Counted from the stretch's first letter, positions 12,932 through 24,001 are shown. The stretch: 62,824 nt of DNA from Myxococcota bacterium (GCA_036149055.1 JAYZQJ010000283.1:1-62824); one strand, 5' to 3'. Translations and numbers: made by a program. Notes: generated by a model from the letters alone, not told the origin.

Positions 12932-14124
12932 GCCTCGAGCGCCGCCTGTCCGAGCTCGCCGCGCGCTACGGCCTGCGGCCGCCCGAGTCCCCGCGGGTGC
13001 GGCGCGCCCTCGAGCGCGCCCTGGCCGCGCGCGGCGGCCTCGAGGACTGCCTCCCGCTCGTCACCAACCACCACACCTGGTTCCTCCGCGACCGGGCCCA
13101 GCTCGAGGGGCTCGTGAGCCGGGCGCGCCCGGGCGCGCGGGTCTGGAGCGCCGGCTGCGCGACCGGCGAGGAGCCGTACTCGATCGCGATGCTCGCCGCG
13201 CTCGCCGGCGCCCGCCTCGAGGTGCACGCGACCGACGTGGTGCCGCAGGTGGTGGAGCGCGCCCGGGCCGGTCGCTACGCGGAGCTCGCGCTCCGGGCGG
13301 TGGAGCCGGCGCTGCGCGCGCGCTTCTTCGTGCCCGACGGAGACGCGCACGCCGTCGCGCCCGGGCTGCGCGCGCGCGTGAGCTTCGGGGTGCACAACCT
13401 CTGCGAGCCGCCCCCGAACCCGGGCGGGTGGGACGCGATCGTTTGCCGCAACGTCCTGATCCACTTCGAGCCCGAGGCGGCCCGGAGCGTGGTGGCGCGC
13501 CTCTGCTCGGCCCTCGCCCCGGGCGGTCGCCTCGTGCTCGGCGCCGCCGACGCGCTCCTCGCGCCGCCCCCGAGCCGCGCGCCGCGGCCGCGTCCGGCCC
13601 CTCGCCCTTCGTCCAGCCCGCCTCCTCGGCCCACCACGCGTCCGCGGCGGACTTCGCGACCGCCTGTGGCGTCCGGGCTCGCCCACCTGAACGAGGGGAA
13701 CGACCGCGCCCGCGCGCGCGATCACGACGGAGCCCTCACCGCCTACGCGAACGCCTGGGAGGATCGAGATCCCCGGCTCGCGGCCGAGGCGCGGCTGCTG
13801 GCGGGGGTGGCGCTCCGGCGCCGGGGCGACCTCGACGTGGCGCTGCGCGCGCTCCGCGAGGCGACCTTCCTCGATCCCTCGCTCTGGCAGGCGTGGTGGA
13901 CCCTCGGCGCGGTCGCGGAGGCGCTGGGCGCCAGCGAGCGCGCGGCCGCCGCCCTCGAGGCCGCGCGGAACGCGCTCTCCGGCCCGCGCCCCCGCCGCCT
14001 CGTCTCCGACGTCGTCGGCCTCGCCGGCCTCGATCTCGCCCCCGAGCGCGCGCGCGTCCTGCTCGCGCGGCGCGCCTTTCCCGATCCCGGAGGAGCCTCA
14101 TGGACACCCACGACCCCCACGTGA
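12928..14124 (+). CDS. cheR: CheR methyltransferase with C-terminal TPR
   Basis: VWSAGCATGEEPYSIAM, ATD, CRNVLIHF; TPR-like C-terminus; GTG 12928 overlaps the cheB stop. Confidence 0.9.
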   Translation: MSLERRLSELAARYGLRPPESPRVRRALERALAARGGLEDCLPLVTNHHTWFLRDRAQLEGLVSRARPGARVWSAGCATGEEPYSIAMLAALAGARLEVHATDVVPQVVERARAGRYAELALRAVEPALRARFFVPDGDAHAVAPGLRARVSFGVHNLCEPPPNPGGWDAIVCRNVLIHFEPEAARSVVARLCSALAPGGRLVLGAADALLAPPPSRAPRPRPAPRPSSSPPPRPTTRPRRTSRPPVASGLAHLNEGNDRARARDHDGALTAYANAWEDRDPRLAAEARLLAGVALRRRGDLDVALRALREATFLDPSLWQAWWTLGAVAEALGASERAAAALEAARNALSGPRPRRLVSDVVGLAGLDLAPERARVLLARRAFPDPGGASWTPTTPT

Positions 14125-15509
14125 GCGCCAGCCTGGAGCGGCGCACGGAAGCCTTCCGCCGCCGCTTCGTCATGACCATCGCCGGCGTGCTCCTGCTGTT
14201 CGGCCTCACCGGCGTGCTCGTGTACGCGACGGTCGGCGCGGAGGGCGGCTCGATCGCCACCGTGGCCGTGACCACCGTGACCTGCCTCGTGACCCTGATG
14301 CTCTCGTTCGGCGGCCGCGCCGACCTCGGGGCGCGGGTGCTGCTGGCCGGCCTCGTGGGGAGCGCCGCGGTGACCCTCTTTCGCGGGGTCGGCGGCACCT
14401 TCGCGATCGGGACCCTGCAGACGCTCTTCCTGGTTGCGTTCCTCGCGCCGTTCCTCTTGCCGCGCGCCTACACCGTCGGCACGGTGGCCGGGGCGATGCT
14501 CGTGGTGCTCGGCGCGTACGGCAAGGCGCTGCTCGGCGGCGAGGTGACGTGGGCCGACGCGGGCCCGGTCGGCATGGGCAGCTCCATCCTGCTCGCCGCG
14601 GTCGCCGGCATGGGCTTCGTCTTCGTGCGCCACGCGGACGAGAACCTCGGCCTGCTCCGGGCGCGGCTCGACGACATCGAGGTGGTCATGGAGCGCGCCC
14701 GCCGGATCGCGGCCGGGGATCTGAGCGGCGACGTGGACGGAGACGGCGACGTGCCCCGCACCGTGCGTGCGATGCTCGGCAGCCTCCGCGAGATGGTCTC
14801 GCAGATCCAGGAGACCGCCGCCCAGCTCGCCTCGGCCACCCAGGAGATCGGCGCGATGGCCCGCCAGCAGGAGGAGAGCGCGGTCGAGCAGTCGAGCGCG
14901 GTCGAGGAGACGCGCCGGACCATCGAGGCGATGCTCGGCAGCTCTCGCGAGATCGCCGTCTCGGCCCGCGGGGTGGCCGAGAACGCCGAGGCCACCCTCG
15001 AGAACGCGCGCACCATCGACGAGAGCCTCGACGGCCTGCGCCGTCACACCGAGCGCATCGCGGAGATCCTCGACGTCATCAAGGACATCGCGAACAAGTC
15101 GGAGCTGCTCGCGCTCAACGCGGCGCTCGAGGGGGCGAAGGCCGAGGAGGCCGGCCGCGGCTTCTCGCTGGTGGCGGCGCGCATGCAGCGGCTGGCCGAG
15201 GACGTCATGGCGAGCGTGCGCGACGTCAAGACGCTCACCGACGACATCCGCGGGGCCACCCGCGCCACCACCGAGGCGACCGCCGGCGCGACCCGGATCG
15301 CGGCCGACACCACCGACGCCGCGCACCGGATCAGCGCGGTCACCCGCGACCAGGAGCGCAGCACCGAGGAGGTCACCCGGGCGATGAACGACATCGCGAG
15401 CGCGGCCACCCAGACGACGGCCGGCACCAACCAGACGCTGCAGGCGGCCCGGGATCTCTCGCAGCTGGCCGAGCGCCTCGGCGGGCTCGTCCAGCGCTTC
15501 CAGATCTGA
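14100..15509 (+). CDS. Methyl-accepting chemotaxis protein, multi-TM
   Basis: LLALNAALEGAKAEEAGRGFSLVA hairpin tip; about 6 TM segments; GGAG RBS. Confidence 0.93.
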   Translation: MDTHDPHVSASLERRTEAFRRRFVMTIAGVLLLFGLTGVLVYATVGAEGGSIATVAVTTVTCLVTLMLSFGGRADLGARVLLAGLVGSAAVTLFRGVGGTFAIGTLQTLFLVAFLAPFLLPRAYTVGTVAGAMLVVLGAYGKALLGGEVTWADAGPVGMGSSILLAAVAGMGFVFVRHADENLGLLRARLDDIEVVMERARRIAAGDLSGDVDGDGDVPRTVRAMLGSLREMVSQIQETAAQLASATQEIGAMARQQEESAVEQSSAVEETRRTIEAMLGSSREIAVSARGVAENAEATLENARTIDESLDGLRRHTERIAEILDVIKDIANKSELLALNAALEGAKAEEAGRGFSLVAARMQRLAEDVMASVRDVKTLTDDIRGATRATTEATAGATRIAADTTDAAHRISAVTRDQERSTEEVTRAMNDIASAATQTTAGTNQTLQAARDLSQLAERLGGLVQRFQI

Positions 15510-15515
15510 GGTCCT

Positions 15516-18101
15516 TCAGGGCTCGAGGAAGACCGGGTTGCTGACCGCGAACGGCCGGCGGCCCGGGTGCACCGGCGCGAGGTCGCCCTCGGCCGAGACG
15601 TGGAACACGACCCAGGAGCCGCTCGCCGCGACCGGGGCCTCGAGGCCGCTGGCCCGGAGCCGGACGACCGGGTTGGTCGGGTCGCGGTCCGCCTCGCGCA
15701 GCGCGATGGTCTCGGTCGTCACGCCGTCCACGATGACCTCGAGCGTCATCGCGCCCTCGATCCACGAGGCCGCCTGCACGACCAGCTCGAACGCGGCCGA
15801 CGCGCCCACGCCGGTGGCCGTCTCGCCGGGGCCGACGCCGCCCGGGCCCACGACGTCGAGGTAGATGCCGCCGCTGATCACGCTGTCGCCGGCCTCGGTC
15901 ACGTCCCGGACGATGTTCGGGTCGAGCGCGCGCGGGTCGTCGGTGCCGAGGTCGAGGCAGGTGCGCGGGTAGCCCACCGGCGAGCCGTAGATGTCGTGGC
16001 TGTCCGACGAGCCCACCGCGAACATCCGGCGGCCGCTCGAGAGGAGGGCGAACCAGTCGGCGACCTCGTCGGCCGCCTGCTCGAACGAGTCGTCGTTGAA
16101 GACCTCGACCAGCGAGAAGTCCTCGTCCCAGTGATCGGCGCGGGCCACGGTGCCGGTGTCCCGGTCGAAGCCGGCGGCGTTGAAGTAGCCGCCGAAGGTG
16201 CCGCCGCTCCGAGGATGATGGATGATCAGCGCCGGCTCCTCCGGCCGCGCGCGCACGTCGGCGAAGACCGCCGGCGGCAGCCGGCCGATCCAGGAGATCG
16301 CGCTCCCGCTCTGCTGCGCGCGATCCTCGACGAGCGGGAAGACCCCGAAGTGGCCCCACGCGAAGGTCGTCAGCTCCTCGCCGCCGATGCCGAACGCGTG
16401 GTCGGCGAGACCCATGTCCTCGATGACCGGCTGGAAGTCGTTGACCCACTCGTGGTCCGCGCGCACCGCGATCTCGAGGCCGTCGGCGATCAGCCCGGCG
16501 AGCTTGAGCCGCGGCGAGTCCGGCGAGTCGGGGCTGCGGTGGGTGTGGATGTGATAGTCGGCGCACATCACGCCGGTCGTGTCGACCACGCGCTCGAGGG
16601 CGGCGCCGACCACCAGCGTCTCGCCGCCGGTCGCGGTGACCCGCTGGCTGAAGAGCTCCCACTCGAAGCCGCGCGAGACGTAGACGTCGTGCTCCCCGGC
16701 CGCGACCGTCAGCTCGACCGCGCCGTCGGTGGAGAAGGCGACGTGCGCCCGCCCGTTCCTGGGGTCGCGCTCGCCGAAGTCGGCCGGCACCGCGGGCGCG
16801 CCGCCGACCGGGGCCACCTGCACGCGGGCCGGGATGCTCTCGCCGGTGGCCACGTCGGTCACCTCGACCCGCAGCGTCGCGAGCGCGGGGAGGGTGAGGT
16901 CGACCGCCTCGTCGGCGGTCGCCACCTCCACCGGGCCGAGCGGCGCCGCGCCGAGCACGTGGGCGAAGAGCTGCACGTCCTCCTCGGGCACGTCCACCGA
17001 GAACGCGCCGTCCGCCCCGACCAGGGTGCGCGCGAAGTGTCGGCCGTCGGCGCGCCGCACGTGGACCCGCGCCTCCGGGGCCGGTGAGCCGTCGGCGTGG
17101 CGCACGACCCCGGTGACCGTGCGGAGCGTCTCTCCGCGGTGGTCGGCGAGCGCGGTCTGCAGCCCGGAGAGCCCCGGGCCGCCCAGGACCATGGTCGCCA
17201 TCGGGATGGCGGCGACCGAGCAGCCCTCGACGATCTGCCGGCCGGTGTTGAACACCATCACCCCGCTCTGCTCGAGCAGGGGCGCGAGCTCCACGCCCTC
17301 GGGCGCGAGGTAGGCGTAGCTGGTGCCGGCGTCGTCGACGAAGGCGGCCATCGGCACCGCCGCGTCGGGCCGCACGAAGCCGCCGTCCTCGGTCCAGAGG
17401 GGCATGCGGTAGTGCTGGAAGAAGGCGTGCACCATGAAGGGGGCGCGCGCGCCACGGGGCGAGGGCTGGCCCACGTGCATCACGATCTCGACCGCGTTCG
17501 AGCCGGGCTGCATCACGTAGTCCATCGCGCCCGGCAGCCCCGAGTAGTCCTCTCCGGGCAGGAGGTCCTCGAGGAGGTCGCCGGCGAACTCGAGGCGACC
17601 GAGCGGCCCGATCGCGCGGATCACCGCCGCCTCGCCGTCGGAGCCGTCGTTCAGCACGGTGACCGACTCGGTCTCCACCAGGAAGGCGCCGAAGCCGAAG
17701 AGGATCTCGTTGAAGTCGCCCGCCTCGACCAGCCGTCCGTCCTCGACCCGCGCGATCCCCACCGGGCGCCCGCCGTGGCGGTCGTACATGTCCGAGAGGC
17801 CGGTGTCCTCGATGAGCAGCGCGACCTCGCCGTTGGTGATCACGAAGTCGTCCTCGGCCCACACCGCGAGCCCGAGCCGATCCTCGGGCAGCTGCGCCGC
17901 CGTGATCCGCCCCGCCCGCGACTGCCCCGCGGGCACGGTCAGCGGGTCGGCGGCGCCGTCGTCGCCCGCCTCGAAGTCGGGGAGGGCGTCGCAGCTGGGC
18001 GGCGGCCCGGTGTCCTCGGGCACCCGGGCGTCGTCGGGCGCCGGGTCACCGTCGCAGGCGAGGAGGACGAGCGTGGCGAGGAGGAGTCGAAGGCGTGACA
18101 C
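15516..18101 (-). CDS. Lipoprotein with C-terminal PHP-type (CehA/McbA-like) metallohydrolase
   Basis: Lipobox LLAC; DYHIHT, ADHEW, GEELT, HFG, HHPR and GSSDSH motifs. Confidence 0.82.
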   Translation of the reverse strand: MSRLRLLLATLVLLACDGDPAPDDARVPEDTGPPPSCDALPDFEAGDDGAADPLTVPAGQSRAGRITAAQLPEDRLGLAVWAEDDFVITNGEVALLIEDTGLSDMYDRHGGRPVGIARVEDGRLVEAGDFNEILFGFGAFLVETESVTVLNDGSDGEAAVIRAIGPLGRLEFAGDLLEDLLPGEDYSGLPGAMDYVMQPGSNAVEIVMHVGQPSPRGARAPFMVHAFFQHYRMPLWTEDGGFVRPDAAVPMAAFVDDAGTSYAYLAPEGVELAPLLEQSGVMVFNTGRQIVEGCSVAAIPMATMVLGGPGLSGLQTALADHRGETLRTVTGVVRHADGSPAPEARVHVRRADGRHFARTLVGADGAFSVDVPEEDVQLFAHVLGAAPLGPVEVATADEAVDLTLPALATLRVEVTDVATGESIPARVQVAPVGGAPAVPADFGERDPRNGRAHVAFSTDGAVELTVAAGEHDVYVSRGFEWELFSQRVTATGGETLVVGAALERVVDTTGVMCADYHIHTHRSPDSPDSPRLKLAGLIADGLEIAVRADHEWVNDFQPVIEDMGLADHAFGIGGEELTTFAWGHFGVFPLVEDRAQQSGSAISWIGRLPPAVFADVRARPEEPALIIHHPRSGGTFGGYFNAAGFDRDTGTVARADHWDEDFSLVEVFNDDSFEQAADEVADWFALLSSGRRMFAVGSSDSHDIYGSPVGYPRTCLDLGTDDPRALDPNIVRDVTEAGDSVISGGIYLDVVGPGGVGPGETATGVGASAAFELVVQAASWIEGAMTLEVIVDGVTTETIALREADRDPTNPVVRLRASGLEAPVAASGSWVVFHVSAEGDLAPVHPGRRPFAVSNPVFLEP

Positions 18102-18189
18102 GCGGACCAGCCTACCGCTGGTTCAACCAACCGAACAGGGCGCGGGGAGCGTTTGGAGGGCCTGGGACCGCGTGCTACTGCGGCGCGTC

Positions 18190-19326
18190 ATGACCATCGA
18201 GATCCGCGAGCACACGCCTGGCGCCGACATCGACGACTTCGTCCGCGCGGGGCGCGTGGTGTTCGAGGGCGATCCCGCGTGGGTGCCGCCCCTCGACTTC
18301 GACTTCCGGGCGCGGCTGACCCCGGCGAAGAACCCCTTCTTCCAGCGCGGCGAGGTCACGCTCTTCACCGCGTGGAAGGACGGTCGCCTGGTCGGGCGCA
18401 CCTCGGCCCAGATCGATCACGAGCACCTGCGGCTGCACGACGACGCGACCGGCTTCTTCGGCTTCTTCGACACCATCGACGACGACGAGGTGGGCGCGGC
18501 GCTGATCGACGCGGCGGCCGCGTGGCTCCAGCGTCGCGGCATGAAGAAGATGCGTGGGCCGCTCTCGCTCAACATGAACGAAGAGGTCGGCGTGCTCATC
18601 GAGGGCCACGAGCACCCGCCCGTGATCCTGATGGGCCACTCGCGGGTCTGGCAGGACCGCGTCGCCCAGTCCGCGGGGCTCGAGAAGGAAAAGGACTTCT
18701 TCGCCTGGCGGTTCGAGACCGGCAAGATCCCGAAGCGGGCCGAGCGCGCCTGGGAGAACGTGCAGGGCCTCCCCGAGGTGAAGCTCCGCACGGTGGAGCC
18801 GCGCAAGATGGATCGCGAGCTGGCGATCATCATGGAGATCTTCAACGACGCCTGGAAGGAGAACTGGGGCTGGGTCCCGGCGACGGAGACGGAGGTGAAG
18901 AAGATGGGCGAGGAGCTGCGCTTGATCCTCGACCGCGACCTCGCGTTCATCGCCGAGATCGACCACGAGCCGGTCGCGATGTGCATCGCGCTGCCCAACC
19001 TCAACGAGGTCATCCGTGACTTCGACGGCAAGCTCGGCCCGGTCCAGCTCGCCAAGATGCTCTGGCGCCTCAAGGTGAAGCGGCCCAAGAGCGCGCGCCT
19101 GATGATGCTCGGCATCCGCTCGAAGCTCCGGGGCAGCAAGAAGTACGGCGGCCTGAGCCACGCGCTCTACGTCGAGATCGCGCGCCGCGGCGAGGCGGCC
19201 GGCTACCAGTGGGGCGAGCTCAGCTGGACCCTCGAGGACAACGCCCCGGTCAACCTCGGCATCCGCTCGATGGGCGCGAAGATCTACAAGAAGTACCGGG
19301 TGTACGAGCGGGAGCTGGCCCAGTGA
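18190..19326 (+). CDS. GNAT-fold protein of the YghO-like family
   Basis: DPAWVPPL, NPFF, GFFGFF, FNDAWKENWG, ELSWTLEDN, KKYRVY. Confidence 0.8.
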   Translation: MTIEIREHTPGADIDDFVRAGRVVFEGDPAWVPPLDFDFRARLTPAKNPFFQRGEVTLFTAWKDGRLVGRTSAQIDHEHLRLHDDATGFFGFFDTIDDDEVGAALIDAAAAWLQRRGMKKMRGPLSLNMNEEVGVLIEGHEHPPVILMGHSRVWQDRVAQSAGLEKEKDFFAWRFETGKIPKRAERAWENVQGLPEVKLRTVEPRKMDRELAIIMEIFNDAWKENWGWVPATETEVKKMGEELRLILDRDLAFIAEIDHEPVAMCIALPNLNEVIRDFDGKLGPVQLAKMLWRLKVKRPKSARLMMLGIRSKLRGSKKYGGLSHALYVEIARRGEAAGYQWGELSWTLEDNAPVNLGIRSMGAKIYKKYRVYERELAQ

Positions 19327-19748
19327 TGGAGACGCGCGAGCTGGCGCTGGTGGCGCACTTCCTCGGGCTGATCTTCTGGATCGGCGGCAGCGTCGTGGCC
19401 GGCACCGTGGCCGCCTACGCCGCCCGCGACGACAACGGTCCCGGGATGGTGGCGGCCCGCAAGGCGATGGTGTTCTGGGCGACGCCGGGCATGCTGCTCG
19501 CCTGGGGCGGCGGCCTCAGCGTGCTCCTTCCGTCGTTCGGCGAGCTCTACGCGCGCGCCGGCTGGATGCACGCCAAGATCACCGTGCTCCTGGTCCTGAC
19601 CGCGCTCACCGGGGTGATGTCCGGGCGAGTGCGCAAGGCCGCGGCCGGCATCAAGCCCGCGCCGCCCAAGCTCCTCGACGGCGTGGCGATCGGCCTCGCG
19701 GTCGGCGCGCTCATCGTCCTGGTGCTGGCGAAGCTCAAGCCGTTCTGA
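19326..19748 (+). CDS. HemJ/CopD-like four-TM protein
   Basis: LVAHFLGLIFWIG, ATPGMLL, GWMHAKIT and terminal LKPF resemble HemJ; TGATG coupling to the upstream gene. Confidence 0.6.
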   Translation: METRELALVAHFLGLIFWIGGSVVAGTVAAYAARDDNGPGMVAARKAMVFWATPGMLLAWGGGLSVLLPSFGELYARAGWMHAKITVLLVLTALTGVMSGRVRKAAAGIKPAPPKLLDGVAIGLAVGALIVLVLAKLKPF

Positions 19749-19870
19749 AGCCGCGCGTTCACGCCCCGTCGGCTCGACCCTGTGAACCGTGGGGTCCAGC
19801 CGACGTGCTCCGGGCGTCGATCGCGCCTCTCGCGGGCTTGGCATGCATCTGGCTGCCCTGGAATGACGTG

Positions 19871-20377
19871 ATGATCCGACGAACCGCCTTCGTGTCCCTC
19901 CTCGGCTCGGTCCTTCTCCTCGTCGGCTGCGGCGGCGACCACGGGCTCACCGCCCGGGGATCCGTCACCGCCGAGGCGGACGGACGCACGACCGGGTTCA
20001 CCTTCCCCTCCGACACCCGCATCGACGTGGCCGGGGACGGGGCGGCGGGCCTGGTCACCGGGGAGTGCGAGATGGCCCAGGTCGGAGAGGACGCCTGGGG
20101 GCTCGTCGTGACGATCCGTCGCGGCGCCACCGTCGACGACCTCGGGCTCTCGAGCGTCACCCTCATGCAGCGCACCGACGCCGAGCCGAGCGCTGGCCGG
20201 GTCGAGGCCGAGCTCGGCACCACCAGCTACGGCGGCGCGTGCGAGATCGACGTCCCCTACGCGGTCGAGGACGGCGGCATGGTCGGCCTGACCGGCAGCT
20301 GCGAGGTCGCCGACGCGGACGGCCAGACCGCCCGCGTCGAGCTCGAGCTCGACCTCGTGGGCTGCACCGTCATCTGA
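19871..20377 (+). CDS. Hypothetical lipoprotein
   Basis: Lipobox LLVGC; GC3-biased codons. Confidence 0.7.
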   Translation: MIRRTAFVSLLGSVLLLVGCGGDHGLTARGSVTAEADGRTTGFTFPSDTRIDVAGDGAAGLVTGECEMAQVGEDAWGLVVTIRRGATVDDLGLSSVTLMQRTDAEPSAGRVEAELGTTSYGGACEIDVPYAVEDGGMVGLTGSCEVADADGQTARVELELDLVGCTVI

Positions 20378-22685
20378 CGCGCCCTCCTCGGGTGGTCTCG
20401 ACCTGGAGGCGGTGGCCGTCGCTGCGCACGGTGACCGCGCCGTCGCGATCGGTGCGGAGCGCGCGGGGCACGAGGGCGGTGAGCCGCGCCCACACCTCCG
20501 GGTGAGGGTGGCCGAAGCGGTTCTGGCGGCCGGCGCTGACCACCGCCACCCGGGGGCGGAGGCGTGAGAGCAGGGCCTCGCCCGACGACGTGCGCGAGCC
20601 GTGGTGGGCGACCTTCAGCACGTCGACCGGCCGCACCCGGCGGACGAGCCCCTCCTCTCCGTGCGCCTCGACGTCGCCGGTGAACAGGAACCGGTGGACG
20701 CCGAAGGAGATCTCGAGGACCAGCGAGTTGTCGTTCGGGCCCCAGCCGGCGTCGAAGTCGGGGCAGGGCCAGAGCACCCGCACGATCGCGCCCCCGAACG
20801 CCCGGGGCCCGGCGCAGAGCTCGGGCGGATGGCGCACCCGGCGGCCGGCGAGCAGGGCCGCCACCGCGCCCTCGGGCTGCTCGACCTCGGCCTGGCCGCT
20901 GTCCCAGATCTCCCCGACCTCGGCCACCCCGAGCAGGGCCGCCGCGCCGCCGTAGTGATCGGGGTGGGGGTGGGAGAGCGCGAAGACGTCGACCCGGTCC
21001 CGGCGGCGCGCCCGGAGCAAGGGCGCGAGGACCCGCTCGCCCGGGTCGGGGCCGCCCCCGGCTGCGCCGCCGGCGTCGATCACCATGAGCGAGCCGTCCG
21101 GGAGGTCGACGAGGGCCGCGTCCCCCTGGCCGACGTCGAGGAAGGTGACCCGCAGCGCGCCCGTCGGCTGCTCTCGGTGCCGGAGGTGCAGCTCCGCGCC
21201 GGCCAGGGTCAGGCAGAGCAGCGCGCAGATCCCGAGTCGCCGTGGCCAGGTGCGCGCCGCGAGCAGCGCGAGGCACGCCGCGCCGAGCAAGGTCCCCTGG
21301 GCCACGTCGAGGGGAGGGAGGTCGCGGCCGAGGGGCACGCTCGAGAACACCTCCGAGGTCGCGAAGAAGGCGCTCGCGCAGGCCTCGACCAGCGGCGCGG
21401 TGACGCCTCCCGCGCCGGGGGCGACGGCCGCGATCGCGCCGTGGGCGGCGATCGAGGGCAGGACGAGCACCGCGGCCACCGGGACCACCACGAGGTTCGC
21501 GAGCAGGCCGACCAGCGGCAGGTCGCCGAAGAGCCAGACGACGATCGGCGCGGTGGCGACCATCGTGCGCGCGGCGACGACGAGCCCGGCCCGCACGAAC
21601 CCGCGGGCGGCCGGCGCGCCGGTCACGAGCGCGGCGGTGGCCACGATCGAGAGGGCGAACCCGGGGCGCGCGAGATCGTCGGGCCTCGACACCCCCAGCG
21701 CGAGGGCCGCGGCCGCGGTGACGGCGACCGGCCGAGGGCGGCGACCCGAGGCGGTGAGGCCCCACGCGATCGACGCGGTCACGGCGGCCCGCCAGGCGCT
21801 CGGGGCGTCGCCGACGAGGGTGGCGTAGGCGAGTGCGACCGGGATGCCGAGCGCGTGGGCCAGGCGGCGGGTGTCGATCCGCGCGGCCAGCGGCTCGAGG
21901 CGCGCGAGCGTGAAGCCGAGGAGCAGCACCACCGCGCCCGCGAGCAGGGTCACGTGGAGCCCGCTCACCGCCAGGACGTGGGACAGCCCAGCCCCGCGGA
22001 CCGCGTCCCGGTGGTCCTCGTCGAGCGCGCGGGTCTCGCCGAGCAGCAGGGTGCGCCCGAGCCCGGCCGCGGTGCGCGAGAGGGTCGCCTCGAGCCCGTC
22101 GCGAATGCGCGAGCGCAGGGCGTGTCCGAGCCGATGCCAGGGAGGCGGAGCGCGCGAGATCCGCACCGGGCCGACGACCCGGCCGCCCCCGTCGGTCGCC
22201 CGCGCGCTCGGCCAGTCCGGGTGGGGGCTCGGGTTGAAGAAGCGCGCGCGCGGGCTGATCCGCGCGATCGCGGCGACGTGCGCGCCCTCCGGCGCGTCGA
22301 GCCCGGCGACCGCCAGCCGGATCCCGGCGAGCGGCTGCCCGGTCTCGAGCACCCGACCCTCGCGAACCCGCAGCACCGCCACCGGCCGGCGCCCGGTCCA
22401 CGCCCGCTCGACCACCCCCTCGACGCGCGCCGCGCCGGTCGGGACCTCGCGAGGCGCCGTCGGCGTCGCGGCGGTCGCCTGCCCCGCGAGCAGCGCCAGC
22501 GCGAAGAACACCCACCGCCCGGCCTTGCCCGGCCACGCCGCCGCGCCATGGGTGGAGCCCACGATCAGGAGCCCGCCGCCCAGCACCGCCGCGCACGCCA
22601 TCCACGCGAACGGCAGCCGCGCGCCGAGCGCCGCGCCCCAGGCGCCCACCAGGAACCCCACCGCCAGCCAGCTCAGCGCACCCAT
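20370..22685 (-). CDS. comEC: ComEC/Rec2 DNA uptake protein
   Basis: HVLAVSGLHV, LDVGQGDA, SHPHPDHYGG, NDNSLV, KVAHHGS, FGHPHPE. Confidence 0.93.
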   Translation of the reverse strand: MGALSWLAVGFLVGAWGAALGARLPFAWMACAAVLGGGLLIVGSTHGAAAWPGKAGRWVFFALALLAGQATAATPTAPREVPTGAARVEGVVERAWTGRRPVAVLRVREGRVLETGQPLAGIRLAVAGLDAPEGAHVAAIARISPRARFFNPSPHPDWPSARATDGGGRVVGPVRISRAPPPWHRLGHALRSRIRDGLEATLSRTAAGLGRTLLLGETRALDEDHRDAVRGAGLSHVLAVSGLHVTLLAGAVVLLLGFTLARLEPLAARIDTRRLAHALGIPVALAYATLVGDAPSAWRAAVTASIAWGLTASGRRPRPVAVTAAAALALGVSRPDDLARPGFALSIVATAALVTGAPAARGFVRAGLVVAARTMVATAPIVVWLFGDLPLVGLLANLVVVPVAAVLVLPSIAAHGAIAAVAPGAGGVTAPLVEACASAFFATSEVFSSVPLGRDLPPLDVAQGTLLGAACLALLAARTWPRRLGICALLCLTLAGAELHLRHREQPTGALRVTFLDVGQGDAALVDLPDGSLMVIDAGGAAGGGPDPGERVLAPLLRARRRDRVDVFALSHPHPDHYGGAAALLGVAEVGEIWDSGQAEVEQPEGAVAALLAGRRVRHPPELCAGPRAFGGAIVRVLWPCPDFDAGWGPNDNSLVLEISFGVHRFLFTGDVEAHGEEGLVRRVRPVDVLKVAHHGSRTSSGEALLSRLRPRVAVVSAGRQNRFGHPHPEVWARLTALVPRALRTDRDGAVTVRSDGHRLQVETTRGGRVR

Positions 22686-22807
22686 GCACCGAAGCAAAAC
22701 AAACTTCGTGCCGGGAGGCGCTCGACGGAATCACACGGCTTTTCACCGCTCCGGGGTGGCGGCCGCCACCCGCCCGCCGGCGGTCCGCCACCCTCCCGGG
22801 ATGGCGA

Positions 22808-24001
22808 CTACCAGTCGACCTCGACGCCGCGCTCGGCCAGGCGGTAGGCCGGGTTGAGCGCGCGGAGGCGCCGGACCTCGGCGATCACCCGCTCCGCCAC
22901 CGCGTCCACCTCTGCTTCGGTGTTGATCCGCCCGAGGCCGAAGCGGAGCGACGCGTGCGCCCGCTCCTCCTCGACGCCCATCGCCCGGAGCACGTAGCTC
23001 GGCTCGAGGCTGGCGCTGGTGCACGCGCTCCCGCTGCTCACCGCCACCGTCTCCTTGAGGGCGAGCATCAGCGCCTCGGCCTCGACGAAGGGGAAGCTCA
23101 CGTTGAGGTTGCCCGGGTGGCGGCCCGCGTCGAGCGGCGGCCCGTTGAGCTGCGCGTCGAGCGCGCCGGAGAGCGTCGCCCAGAGCCGGTCCCGGAGCGC
23201 GCGCGCGTGCGCGGCGTTCGCGTCGCGCTCCTCCATCGCGATCCGCGCCGCCTCGCCCATGCCGACGATCGCGGGGACGTTGAGCGTGCCCGAGCGCATG
23301 CCCCGCTCGTGCCCGCCGCCGTCGATCTGCCCGACCAGCCGCACCCGCGGGCCCCGTCGCCGGACCCACAGCGCGCCGACGCCCTTGGGCCCGTACATCT
23401 TGTGGGCGCTGAGGCTCACGAGGTCGACGCCCATCGCGTCCACGTCGAAGGGGAGGGTGGCGAGCCCCTGCACGGCGTCGCAGTGGAAGAGCACGCCGCG
23501 CGCCTTCGCGACCTGGCCGATCTCCGCGATGGGCTGCACGGCGCCGACCTCGTTGTTCACCCACATCACGCTGATCAGGGTGGTGTCCTCGCGGATCGCG
23601 CCGGCGACCGCCTCCGCCGAGACGCGCCCGTCCGCGTCGACGTCGAGGTAGGTGACCTCGGCTCCGCCTCGCTCGAGGCGCTTGCAGGTGTCGAGCACCG
23701 CCTTGTGCTCGATCCGCGTGGTGATCACGTGGCCGGGCGTCGCGTCGGCCACGCCCTTGATCGCGAGGTTGTCGCTCTCGGTCGCGCCGCTGGTCCACAC
23801 GACCTCGCGCGCGCTTCCGCCGATCAGCGCTGCCACCTGCTCGCGGGCGCGCTCGACCGCCTCCTCGGCCTCCCAGCCGAAGGCGTGGCTGCGGCTCGCG
23901 GCGTTGCCGAAGCGCTCGGTCAGCCACGGCATCATCGCCTCCAGCACCCTCGGCTCGAGCGGGGTGGTGGAGTGATGGTCCATGTAGACCGGCCGCGTCA
24001 C
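22808..24001 (-). CDS. iscS: IscS-type cysteine desulfurase
   Basis: [38 protein letters not shown] 24001 overlaps the sufT stop. Confidence 0.92.
   Translation of the reverse strand: MTRPVYMDHHSTTPLEPRVLEAMMPWLTERFGNAASRSHAFGWEAEEAVERAREQVAALIGGSAREVVWTSGATESDNLAIKGVADATPGHVITTRIEHKAVLDTCKRLERGGAEVTYLDVDADGRVSAEAVAGAIREDTTLISVMWVNNEVGAVQPIAEIGQVAKARGVLFHCDAVQGLATLPFDVDAMGVDLVSLSAHKMYGPKGVGALWVRRRGPRVRLVGQIDGGGHERGMRSGTLNVPAIVGMGEAARIAMEERDANAAHARALRDRLWATLSGALDAQLNGPPLDAGRHPGNLNVSFPFVEAEALMLALKETVAVSSGSACTSASLEPSYVLRAMGVEEERAHASLRFGLGRINTEAEVDAVAERVIAEVRRLRALNPAYRLAERGVEVDW

Noticed and set aside
8316..13725. Long antisense ORFs (1101 aa, 646 aa) and similar ones across the window
   Set aside because: Shadow frames of GC-rich genes with Arg/Gly/Pro-rich translations and no motifs.
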